From NCBI GenBank assembly GCA_043228905.1, contig JBHGNT010000023.1, positions 62,001 to 126,000 of the forward strand: a stretch of 64,000 bases of DNA. Reading direction: 5' to 3'. Position numbers and translations under genes: made by a program. The notes under the pieces are model-generated. The model worked only from the letters and a program-made list of their open reading frames with translations. It ran no database searches and was not told the DNA's origin. Origin of the DNA: Azolla caroliniana (lineage: Eukaryota > Plantae > Polypodiophyta). The number at the start of each line of letters is the position of its first letter. The stretch's first letter is position 1. This document shows, piece after piece, positions 26,491 through 38,600 of this stretch.

Positions 26491-29400
26491 CGCTAGCTAT
26501 GATACAGAATTAAAAAATCAAGATTTTGAAACTTAGGTCGAGAGACATGAAGAAATTAGCAAATTTGAGGAGGGAGTGGACAAGAGATAGTAGGTAAATT
26601 AAAATGTTCATACCTGGCTCGTGTGATATCGGATTTTTGTGTTCAAACATGCCAATCGAAGGTTACTATGCTAGCTATGATACAGAATTAAAAAATCAAG
26701 ATTTTGAAACTCAGGTCGAGAGACATGAACAAATTAGCAAATTTGAGGAGGGAGTGGACAAGAGATAGTAGGTAAATTAAAATGTTCATACCTGGCTCGT
26801 GTGATATCGGATTTTTGTGTTCAAACATGTGAATCGAAGCTAACTACGCTAGCTATGATATAGAATTAAAAAATCAAGATGTTGAAACTCAGGTCGAGAG
26901 ACATGAAGAAATTAGCAAATTTGAGGAGGGAGTGGACAAGACCTAGTAGGTAAATTAAAATGTTCATACCTGGCTCGTTTGATATCGGATTTTTGTGTTC
27001 AAACATGCGAATCGAAGCTAAATACGCTAGCTATGATATAGAATTAAAAAATCAAGATTTTGTAACTCAGGTCGATAGACATGAACAAATTAGCAAATTT
27101 GAGGAGGGAGTGGACAAGAGATATTAGCTAAATTAAAATGTTCATACCTGGCTCGTGTGATATTGGATTTTTGTGTTCAAAATTGCGAATCGAAGCTAAC
27201 TACGCTAGCTATGATACAGAATTAAAAAATCAAGATTTTGAAACTCAGGTCGAGAGACATGAAGAAATTAGCAAATTTGAGGAGGGAGTGGACAAGAGCT
27301 AGTAGGTAAATTAAAATGTTCATACCTGGCTCGTTTGATATCGGATTTTTGTGTTCAAACAAGCGAATCGAAGCTAACAACGCTTGATATGATATAGAAT
27401 TAAAAAATCAAGCTAACAACTCAGGTCGAGAGACATGAGGAAATTAGCAAATATAAGGAGGGAGTGGACAAGAGCTAGTAGGTAAATTAAAATGTTCATA
27501 CCTGGCTCGTGTGATATCGGATTTTTGTGTTCAAACATGCGAATCGAAGCTAACTACACTAGCTATGATATAGAATTAAAAAATCAAGATTTTGAAACTC
27601 AGGTTGATAGACATGAAGAAATTAGCAAATTTGAGGAGGGAGTGGACAAAAGCTAGTAGGTAAATTAAAATGTTCATACCTGGCTCGTGTGATATCGGAT
27701 TTTTCTGTTCAAACATGCGAATCGAAACTAACTACGCTAGCTATGATACAGAATTAGAAAATCAAGATTTTGAAACTCAGGTCAAGAGATATGAACAAAT
27801 TAGCAAATTTGAGGAGCGAGTGGACAAGAGATAGTAGCTAAATTAAAATGTTCATACCTGGCTCGTGTGATATCGGATTTTTGTGTTCAAACATGCGAAT
27901 CGAAGCTAACTACGCTACCTATGATACAGAATTAAAAAATCAAGATTTTGAAACTCAGGTCAAGAGACATGAACAAATTAGCAAATTTGAGGAGGGAGTG
28001 GACAAGAGATAGTAGGTAAATTAAAATGTTCATACCTGGCTCGTGTGATATCGGATTTTTGTGTTCAAACATGTGAATCGAAGCTAACTACGCTAGCTAT
28101 GATACAGATCTAAAAAATCAGGATTTTAAAACTCAGGTCGAGAGACATGAAGAAATTAGCAAATTTGAGGAGGGAGTGGACAAGAGCTAGTAGGTAAATT
28201 AAAATTTTCATACCTGGCTCGTGTGATATCGGATTTTTGTGTTCAAACATGCGAATCGAAGCTAACTACGCTAGCTATGATACAGAATTAAAAAATCAGG
28301 ATTTTAAAACTCAGGTCGAGAGACATGAAGAAATTAGCAAATTTGAGGAGGGAGTGGACAAGAGCTAGTAGGTAATTAAAATGTTCATTCCTGGCTCGTT
28401 TGATATTGGATTTTTGTGTTCAAACATGCGAATCGAAGCTAACTACGCTAGCTATGATACAGAATTAAAAAATCAAGATTTTGAAACTCAGGTTGATAGA
28501 CATGAAGAAATTAACAAATTTGAGGAGGGAGTGGACAAGAGCGCGTTAGTAAATTAAAATGTTCATACCTGGCTCGTGTGATATCGGATTTTTGTGTTCA
28601 AACATGCGAATCGAAGCTAACTACGCTAGCTATGATACAGAATTAAAAAATCAAGATTTTGAAACTTAGGTCGAGAGACATGAAGAAATTAGCAAATTTG
28701 AGGAGGGAGTGGACAAGAGATAGTAGGTAAATTAAAATGTTCATACCTGGCTCGTGTGATATCGGATTTTTGTGTTCAAACATGCCAATCGAAGGTTACT
28801 ACGCTAGCTATGATACAGAATTAAAAAATCAAGATTTTGAAACTCAGGTCGAGAGACATGAACAAATTAGCAAATTTGAGGAGGGAGTGGACAAGAGATA
28901 GTAGGTAAATTAAAATGTTCATACCTGGCTCGTGTGATATCGGATTTTTGTGTTCAAACATGTGAATCGAAGCTAACTACGCTAGCTATGATATAGAATT
29001 AAAAAATCAAGATGTTGAAACTCAGGTCGAGAGACATGAAGAAATTACCAAATTTGAGGAGGGAGTGGACAAGAGCTAGTAGGTAAATTAAAATGTTCAT
29101 ACCTGGCTCGTTTGATATCGGATTTTTGTGTTCAAACATGCGAATCGAAGCTAAATACGCTAGCTATGATATAGAATTAAAAAATCAAGATTTTGTAACT
29201 CAGGTCGAGAGACATGAACAAATTAGCAAATTTGAGGAGGGAGTGGACAAGAGATATTAGCTAAATTAAAATGTTCATACCTGGCTCGTGTGATATTGGA
29301 TTTTTGTGTTCAAACATGCGAATCGAAGCTAACTACGCTAGCTATGATACAGAATTAAAAAATCAAGATTTTGAAACTCAGGTCGAGAGACATGAAGAAA

Positions 29401-31432
29401 TTAGCAAATTTGAGGAGGGAGTGGACAAGAGCTAGTAGGTAAATTAAAATGTTCATACCTGGCTCGTTTGATATCGGATTTTTGTGTTCAAACAAGCGAA
29501 TCGAAGCTAACAACGCTTGATATGATATAGAATTAAAAAATCAAGCTAACAACTCAGGTCGAGAGACATGAGGAAATTAGCAAATTTAAGGAGGGAGTGG
29601 ACAAGAGCTAGTAGGTAAATTAAAATGTTCATACCTGGCTCGTGTGATATCGGATTTTTGTGTTCAAACATGCGAATCGAAGCTAACTACGCTAGCTATG
29701 ATATAGAATTAAAAAATCAAGATTTTGAAACTCAGGTTGATAGACATGAAGAAATTAGCAAATTTGAGGAGGGAGTGGACAAAAGCTAGTAGGTAAATTA
29801 AAATGTTCATACCTGGCTCGTGTGATATCGGATTTTTGTGTTCAAACATGCGAATCGAAGCTAACTACGCTAGCTATGATACAGAATTAAAAAATCAAGA
29901 TTTTGAAACTTAGGTCGAAAGACATGAACCAATTAGCAAATTTGAGGAAGGAGTGGACAAGAGCTAGTAGGTAAATTAAAATGTTCATACCTGGCTCGTG
30001 TGATATCGGATTTTTGTGTTCAAACATGTGAATCGAAGCTAACTACGCTAGCTATGATACAGAATTAAAAACTCAAGATTTTCAAACTCAGGTCGAGAGA
30101 CATGAACAAATTAGCAAATTTGAGGAGGGAGTGGACAAGAGCTAGTAGGTAAATTAAAATGTTCATACGTGGCTCGTGTGATATCGGATTTTTGTGTTCA
30201 AACATGCAAATCGAAGCTAACTACGCTAGCTATGATACAGAATTAAAAAATCAAGATTTTGAAACTCAGGTCGAGAGACATGAACAAATTAGCAAATTTG
30301 AGGAGGGAGTGGACAAGAGCTACTAGGTAAATTAAAATATTCATACCTGGCTCGTGTGATATCGGATTTTTCTGTTCAAACATGCGAATCGAAACTAACT
30401 ACGCTAGCTATGATACAGAATTAAAAAATCAAGATTTTGAAACTCAGGTCTAGAGATATGAAGAAATTAGCAAATTTGAGGAGCGAGTGGACAAGAGATA
30501 GTAGGTAAATTAAAATGTTCATACCTGGCTCGTGTGATATTGGATTTTTGTGTTCAAACATGCGAATCGAAGCTAACTACGCTACCTATTATACAGAATT
30601 AAAAAATCAAGATTTTGAAACTCAGGTCAAGAGACATGAACAAATTAGCAAATTTGAGGAGGGAGTGGACAAGAGATAGTAGGTAAATTAAAATATTCAT
30701 ACCTGGCTCGTGTGATATCGGATTTTTGTGTTCAAACATGTGAATCGAAGCTAACTACGCTAGCTATGATATAGAATTAAAAAATCAAGATGTTGAAACT
30801 CAGGTCGAGAGACATGAAGAAATTAGCAAATTTGAGGAGGGAGTGGACAAGACCTAGTAGGTAAATTAAAATGTTCATACCTGGCTCGTTTGATATCGGA
30901 TTTTTGTGTTCAAACATGCGAATCGAAGCTAACTACGCTAGCTATGATATAGAATTAAAAAATCAAGATTTTGAAACTCAGGTCGAGAGACATGAACAAA
31001 TTAGCAAATTTGAGGAGGGAGTGGACAAGAGATAGTAGCTAAATTAAAATGTTCATACCTGGCTCGTGTGATATCGGATTTTTATGTTCAAACATGTGAA
31101 TCGAAGCTAACTACGCTAGCTATGATACAGAATTAAAAAATCAAGATTTTGAAACTCAGGTCGAGAGACATGAACAAATTAGCAAATTTGAGGAGGGAGT
31201 GGACAAGAGCTAGTAGGTAAATTAAAATGTTCATACCTGGCTCGTTTGATATCGGATTTTTGTGTTCAAACATGCGAATCGAAGCTAACTACGCTAGCTA
31301 TGATACAGAATTAAAAAATCAAGATTTTGAAACTCAGGTCGACAGACATGATAGAATGAGCAAATTTGAGGAGGGAGTGGACAAGAGCTAGTAGGTAAAT
31401 TAAAATGTCCATACCTGGCTCGTGTGATATCG

Positions 31433-31566
31433 GATTTTTGTGTTCAAACATGCGAATCGACACTAACAACGCTTGATATGATATAGAATTAAAAAATCAA
31501 GCTAACAACTCAGGTCGAGAGCTAGTAGGTAAATTAAAATATTCATACCTGGCTCGTTTGATATCG
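31433..31566 (+). repeat. Second truncated 134-bp monomer with the same 42-bp deletion junction
   Basis: CAGGTCGAGAGCTAGTAGG at 31511-31529. Monomer starts at 31433 and 31567. Confidence 0.93.
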
Positions 31567-34500
31567 GATTTTTGTGTTCAAACATGCGAATCGAAGCTAA
31601 CTACGCTAGCTATGATACAGAATTAAAAAATCAAGATTTTGAAACTCAGGTCGAGAGACATGAACAAATTAGCAAATTTGAGGAGGGAGTGGACAAGAGC
31701 TAGTAGGTAAATTAAAATATTCATACCTGGCTCGCGTGATATCGGATTTTTGTGTTCAAACATGCGAATCGAAGCTAACTACGCTAGCTATGATATAGAA
31801 TTAAAAAATCAAGATTTTGAAACTTAGGTCGAGAGACATGAACAAATTAGCAAATTTGAGGAGGGAGTGGACAAGAGATAGTAGGTAAATTAAAATGTTC
31901 ATACCTGGCTCGTGTGATATCGGATTTTTGTGTTCAAACATGTGAATCGAAGCTAACTACGCTAGCTATGATATAGAATTAAAAAATCAAGATGTTGAAA
32001 CTCAGGTCGAGAGACATGAAGAAATTAGCAAATTTGAGGAGGGAGTGGACAAGACCTAGTAGGTAAATTAAAATGTTCATACCTGCCTCGTTTGATATCG
32101 GATTTTTGTGTTCAAACATGCGAATCGAAGCTAACTACGCTAGCTATGATACAGAATTAAAAAATCAAGATTTTGAAACTCAGGTCGACAGACATGATAG
32201 AATTAGCAAATTTAAGGAGGGAGTGGACAAGAGATAGTAGCTAAATTAAAATGTTCATACCTGGCTTGTGTGATATCGGATTTTTGTGTTCAAACATGCG
32301 AATCGAAGCTAACTACGCTAGCTATGATACAGAATTAAAAAATCAAGATTTTCAAACTCAGGTCGAGAGACATGAACAAATTAGCAAATTTGAGGAGGGA
32401 GTGGACAAGAGCTAGTAGGTAAATTAAAATGTTCATACGTGGCTCGTGTGATATCGGATTTTTGTGTTCAAACATGCGAATCGAAGCTAACTACGCTAGC
32501 TATGATACAGAATTAAAAAATCAAGATTTTGAAACTCAGGTCGAGAGACATGAACAAATTAGCAAATTTGAGGAGGGAGTGGACAAGAGCTAGTAGGTAA
32601 ATTAAAATATTCATACCTGGCTCGTGTGATATTGGATTTTTCTGTTCAAACATGCGAATCGAAACTAACTACGCTAGCTATGATACAGAATTAAAAAATC
32701 AAGATTTTGAAACTCAGGTCGAGAGACATGAAGAAATTAGCAAATTTGAGGAGGGAGTGGACAAGAGATAGTAGCTAAATTAAAATGTCCATACCTGGCT
32801 CGTGTGATATCGGATTTTTGTGTTCAAACATGCGAATCGAAGCTAACTACGCTACCTATGATACAGAATTAAAAAATCAAGATTTTGAAACTCAGGTCGA
32901 GAGACATGACCAAATTAGCAAATTTGAGGAGGGAGTGGACAAGAGATAGTAGGTAAATTAAAATGTTCATACCTGGCTCGTGTGATATCGGATTTTTGTG
33001 TTCAAACATGTGAATCGAAGCTAACTACGCTAGCTATGATATAGAATTAAAAAATCAAGATGTTGAAACTCAGGTCGAGAGACGTGAAGAAATTAGCAAA
33101 TTTGAGGAGGGAGTGGACAAGACCTAGTAGGTAAATTAAAATGTTCATACCTGGCTCGTTTGATATCGGATTTTTGTGTTCAAACATGCGAATCAAAGCT
33201 AACTACGCTAGCTATGATACAGAATTAAAAAATCAAGATTTTGAAAATCAGGTCAAGAGACATGAAGAAATTAGCAAATTTGAGAAGCGAGTGGACAAGA
33301 GATAGTAGCTAAATTAAAATGTTCATACCTGGCTCGTGTGATATCGGATTTTTGTGTTCAAACATGCGAATCGAAGCTAACTACGCTACCTATGATACAG
33401 AATTAAAAAATCAAGATTTTGAAACTCAGGTCGAGAAACATGAACAAATTAGCAAATTTGAGGAGGGAGTGGAGAAGAGCGCGTTAGTAAATTAAAATGT
33501 TCATACCTGGCTCGTGTGATATCGGATTTTTGTGTTCAAACATGCGAATCGAAGCTAACTACGCTAGCTATGATACAGAATTAAAAAATCAAGATTTTGA
33601 AACTCAGGTCGAGAGACATGACCGAATTAGCAAATTTGAGGAGGGAGTGGACAAGAGCTAGTAGGTAAATTAAAATGTTCATACCTGGCTCGTGTGATAT
33701 CGGATTTTTGTGTTGAAACTTGCGAATCGAAGCTAACAACGCTTGCTATGATACAGAATTAAAACATCAAGATTTTGAAACTTAGGTCGAGAGACATGAA
33801 GAAATTAGCAAATTTGAGGAGGGAGTGGAGAAGAGCGCGTAGGTAAATTAAAATGTTCATACCTGGCTCGTGCGACATCGGATTTTTGTGTTCAAACATG
33901 CCAATCGAAGCTAACTACGCTTACTATGATACAGAATTAAAAAATCAAGATTTTGAAACTCAGGTCGAGAGACATGAAGAAATTAGCAAATTTGAGGAGG
34001 GAGTGGACAAGAGCTAGTAGGTAAAATAAAATGTTCATACCTGGCTCGTTTGATATCGGAGTTTTGTGTTCAAACATGCGAATCGAAGCTAACTACACTA
34101 GCTATGATACAGAATTAAAAAATCAAGATTTTGAAACTCAGGTCGACAGACATGATAGAATTAGCAAATTTGAGGAGGGAGTGGACAAGAGATAGTAGCT
34201 AAATTAAAATGTTCATACCTGGCTCGTGTGATATCGGATTTTTGTGTTCAAACATGCGAATCGAAGCTAACTACGCTAGCTATGATACAGAATTAAAAAA
34301 TCAAGATTTTCAAACTCAGGTCGAGAGACATGAACAAATTAGCAAATTTGAGGAGGGAGTGGACAAGAGATAGTAGCTAAATTAAAATGTTCATACCTGG
34401 CTCGTGTGATATCGGATTTTTGTGTTCAAACATGCGAATCGAAGCTAACTACGCTAGCTATGATACAGAATTAAAAAATCAATATTTTCAAACTCAGGTC

Positions 34501-34907
34501 GAGAGACATGAACAAATTAGCAAATTTGAGGAGGGAGTGGACAAGAGCTAGTAGGTAAATTAAAATGTTCATACGTGGCTCGTGTGATATCGGATTTTTG
34601 TGTTCAAACATGCGAATCGAAGCTAACTACGCTAGCTATGATACAGAATTAAAAAATCAAGATTTTGAAACTCAGGTCGAGAGACATGAAGAAATTAGCA
34701 AATTTGAGGAGGGAGTGGACAAGAGATAGTAGCTAAATTAAAATGTTCATACCTGGCTCGTGTGATATTGGATTTTTCTGTTCAAACATGCGAATCGAAA
34801 CTAACTACGCTAGCTATGATACAGAATTAAAAAATCAAGATTTTGAAACTCACGTCGAGAGACATTAAGAAATTAGCAAATTTGAGGAGGGAGTGGACAA
34901 GAGATAG

Positions 34908-34930
34908 TAGCTTCGATTCGCATGTTTGAA
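34908..34930 (-). other. 23-bp inverted satellite fragment at a rearrangement junction (107 bp lost, 12 bp gained, net -95 bp)
   Basis: TAGCTTCGATTCGCATGTTTGAA is the exact reverse complement of monomer positions 11-33 (TTCAAACATGCGAATCGAAGCTA). Flanking monomer starts 34771 and 35032 are 261 = 356-95 bp apart. Confidence 0.95.
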
Positions 34931-35689
34931 ACTCAGGTCGACAGACATGATAGAATTAGCAAATTTGAGGAGGGAGTGGACAAGAGATAGTAGCTAAATT
35001 AAAATGTTCATACCTGGCTCGTGTGATATCGGATTTTTGTGTTCAAACATGCGAATCGAAGCTTACTACGCTAGCTATGATACAGAATTAAAAAATCAAG
35101 ATTTTGAAACTCAGGTCGAGAGACATGAACAAATTAGCAAATTTGAGGAGGGAGTGGACAAGAGATAGTAGGTAAATTAAAATGTTCATACCTGGCTCGT
35201 GTGATATCGGATTTTTGTGTTCAAACATGTGAATCGAAGCTAACTACGCTAGCTATGATATAGAATTAAAAAATCAAGATTTTGAAACTCAGGTCGACAG
35301 ACATGATAGAATTAGCAAATTTGAGGAGGGAGTGGACAAGAGATAGTAGCTAAATTAAAATGTTCATACCTGGCTCGTGTGATATCGGATTTTTGTGTTC
35401 AAACATGCGAATCGAAGCTAACTACGCTAGCTATGATACAGAATTAAAAAATCAAGATTTTGAAACTCAGGTCGAGAGACATGAACAAATTAGCAAATTT
35501 GAGGAGGGAGTGGACAAGAGATAGTAGCTAAATTAAAATGTTCATACGTGGCTCGTGTGATATCGGATTTTTGTGTTCAAACATGCGAATCGAAGCTAAC
35601 TACGCTAGCTATGATACAGAATTAAAAAATCAAGATTTTGAAACTCAGGTCGAGAGACATGAACAAATTAGCAAATTTGAGGAGGGAGT

Positions 35690-38600
35690 GGACAAGAGCT
35701 AGTAGGTAAATTAAAATATTCATACCTGGCTCGTTTGATATCGGATTTTTGTGTTCAAACATGCGAATCGAAGCTAACTACGCTAGCTATGATACAGAAT
35801 TAAAAAATCAAGATTTTGAAACTCAGGTCGAGAGACATGAACAAATTAGCAAATTTGAGGAGGGAGTGGACAAGAGCTAGTAGGTAAATTAAAATATTCA
35901 TACCTGGCTCGCGTGATATTGGATTTTTGTGTTCAAACATGCGAATCGAAGCTAACTACGCTAGCTATGATATAGAATTAAAAAATCAAGATTTTGAAAC
36001 TCAGGTCGACAGACATGATAGAATTAGCAAATTTGAAGAGGGAGTGGACAAGAGATAGTAGCTAAATTAAAATGTTCATACCTGGCTCGTGTGATATCGG
36101 ATTTTTGTGTTCAAACATGCGAATCGAAGCTAACTACGCTAGCTATGATACAGAATTAAAAAATCAAGATTTTCAAACTCAGGTCGAGAGACATGAACAA
36201 ATTAGCAAATTTGAGGAGGGAGTGGACAAGAGATAGTAGCTAAATTAAAATGTTCATACCTGGCTCGTGTGATATCGGATTTTTGTGTTCAAACATGCGA
36301 ATCGAAGCTAACTACGCTACCTATGATACAGAATTAAAAAATCAAGATTTTGAAACTCAGGTCAAGAGACATGAACAAATTAGCAAATTTGAGGAGGGAG
36401 TGGACAAGAGATAGTAGGTAAATTAAAATATTCATACCTGGCTCGTTTGATATCGGATTTTTGTGTTCAAACATGCGAATCGAAGCTAACTACGCTAGCT
36501 ATGATACAGAATTAAAAAATCAAGATTTTGAAACTCAGGTCGAGAGACATGAACAAATTAGCAAATTTGAGGAGGGAGTGGACAAGAGCTAGTAGGTAAA
36601 TTAAAATATTCATACCTGGCTCGCGTGATATAGGATTTTTGTGTTCAAACATGCGAATCGAAGCTAACTACGCTAGCTATGATATAGAATTAAAAGATCA
36701 AGATTTTGAAACTTAGGTCGAGAGACATGAACAAATTAGCAAATTTGAGGAGGGAGTGGACAAGAGATAGTAGGTAAATTAAAATGTTCATACCTGGCTC
36801 GCGTGATATCGGATTTTTGTGTTCAAACATGCGAATCGAAGCTAACTACGCTACCTATGATACAGAATTAAAAAATCAAGATTTTGAAACTCAGGTCAAG
36901 AGACATGAACAAATTAGCAAATTTGAGGAGGGAGTGGACAAGAGCTAGTAGGTAAATTAAAATGTTCATACCTGGCTCGTGTGATATCGGATTTTTGTGT
37001 TCAAACATGCGAATCGAAGCTAACTACGCTAGCTATGATACAGAATTAAAAAATCAAGATGTTGAAACTCAGGTCGAGAGACATGAAGAAATTAGCAAAT
37101 TTGAGGAGGGAGTGGACAAGACCTAGTAGGTAAATTAAAATGTTCATACCTGGCTCGTTTGATATCGGATTTTTGTGTTCAAACATGCGAATCGATGCTA
37201 ACTAAGCTAGCTATGATACAGAATTAAAAAATCAAGATTTTGAAACTCAGGTCGAGAGACATGAACAAATTAGCAAATTTGAGGAGGGAGTGGACAAGAG
37301 ATAGTAGCTAAATTAAAATGTTCATACCTGGCTCGTGTGATATCGGATTTTTGTGTTCAAACATGTGAATCGAAGCTAACTACGCTAGCTATGATACAGA
37401 ATTAAAAAATCAAGATTTTCAAACTCAGGTCGAGAGACATGATAGAATTAGCAAATTTGAGGAGGGAGTGGACAAGAGATAGTAGCTAAATTAAAATGTT
37501 CATACCTGGCTCGTGTGATATCGGATTTTTGTGTTCAAACATGCGAATCGAAGCTAACTACGCTACCTATGATACAGAATTAAAAAATCAAGATTTTGAA
37601 ACTCAGGTAGAGAGACATGAACAAATTAGCAAATTTGAGGAGGGAGTGGACAAGAGATAGTAGGTAAATTAAAATATTCATACCTGGCTCGTTTGATATC
37701 GGATTTTTGTGTTCAAACATGCGAATCGAAGCTAACTACGCTAGCTATGATACAGAATTAAAAAATCAAGATTTTGAAACTCAGGTCGAGAGACATGAAC
37801 AAATTAGCAAATTTGAGGAGGGAGTGGACAAGAGCTAGTAGGTAAATTAAAATATTCATACCTGGCTCGCGTGATATTGGATTTTTGTGTTCAAACATGC
37901 GAATCGAAGCTAACTACGCTAGCTATGATATAGAATTAAAAAATCAAGATTTTGAAACTTAGGTCGAGAGACATGAACAAATTAGCAAATTTGAGGAGGG
38001 AGTGGACAAGAGATAGTAGGTAAATTAAAATGTTCATACCTGGCTCGCGTGATATCGGATTTTTGTGTTCAAACATGTGAATCGAAGCTAACTACGCTAG
38101 CTATGATATAGAATTAAAAAATCAAGATGTTGAAACTCAGGTCGAGAGACATGAACAAATTAGCAAATTTGAGGAGGGAGTGGACAAGAGCTAGTAGGTA
38201 AATTAAAATATTCATACCTGGCTCGTTTGATATCGGATTTTTGTGTTCAAACATGCGAATCGAAGCTAACTACGCTAGCTATGATACAGAATTAAAAAAT
38301 CAAGATTTTGAAACTCAGGTCGAGAGACATGAACAAATTAGCAAATTTGAGGAGGGAGTGGACAAGAGCTAGTAGGTAAATTAAAATATTCATACCTGGC
38401 TCGCGTGATATTGGATTTTTGTGTTCAAACATGCGAATCGAAGCTAACTACGCTAGCTATGATATAGAATTAAAAAATCAAGATTTTGAAACTCAGGTCG
38501 ACAGACATGATAGAATTAGCAAATTTGAAGAGGGAGTGGACAAGAGATAGTAGCTAAATTAAAATGTTCATACCTGGCTCGTGTGATATCGGATTTTTGT

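Noticed and set aside
1571-28380. Single-base indels (~1571, 15200, 20217, 22431, 22690, 28375)
   Set aside because: Minor. Those repeated within the 10-mer HOR are probably real and are covered there; the singletons could be sequencing or consensus errors.
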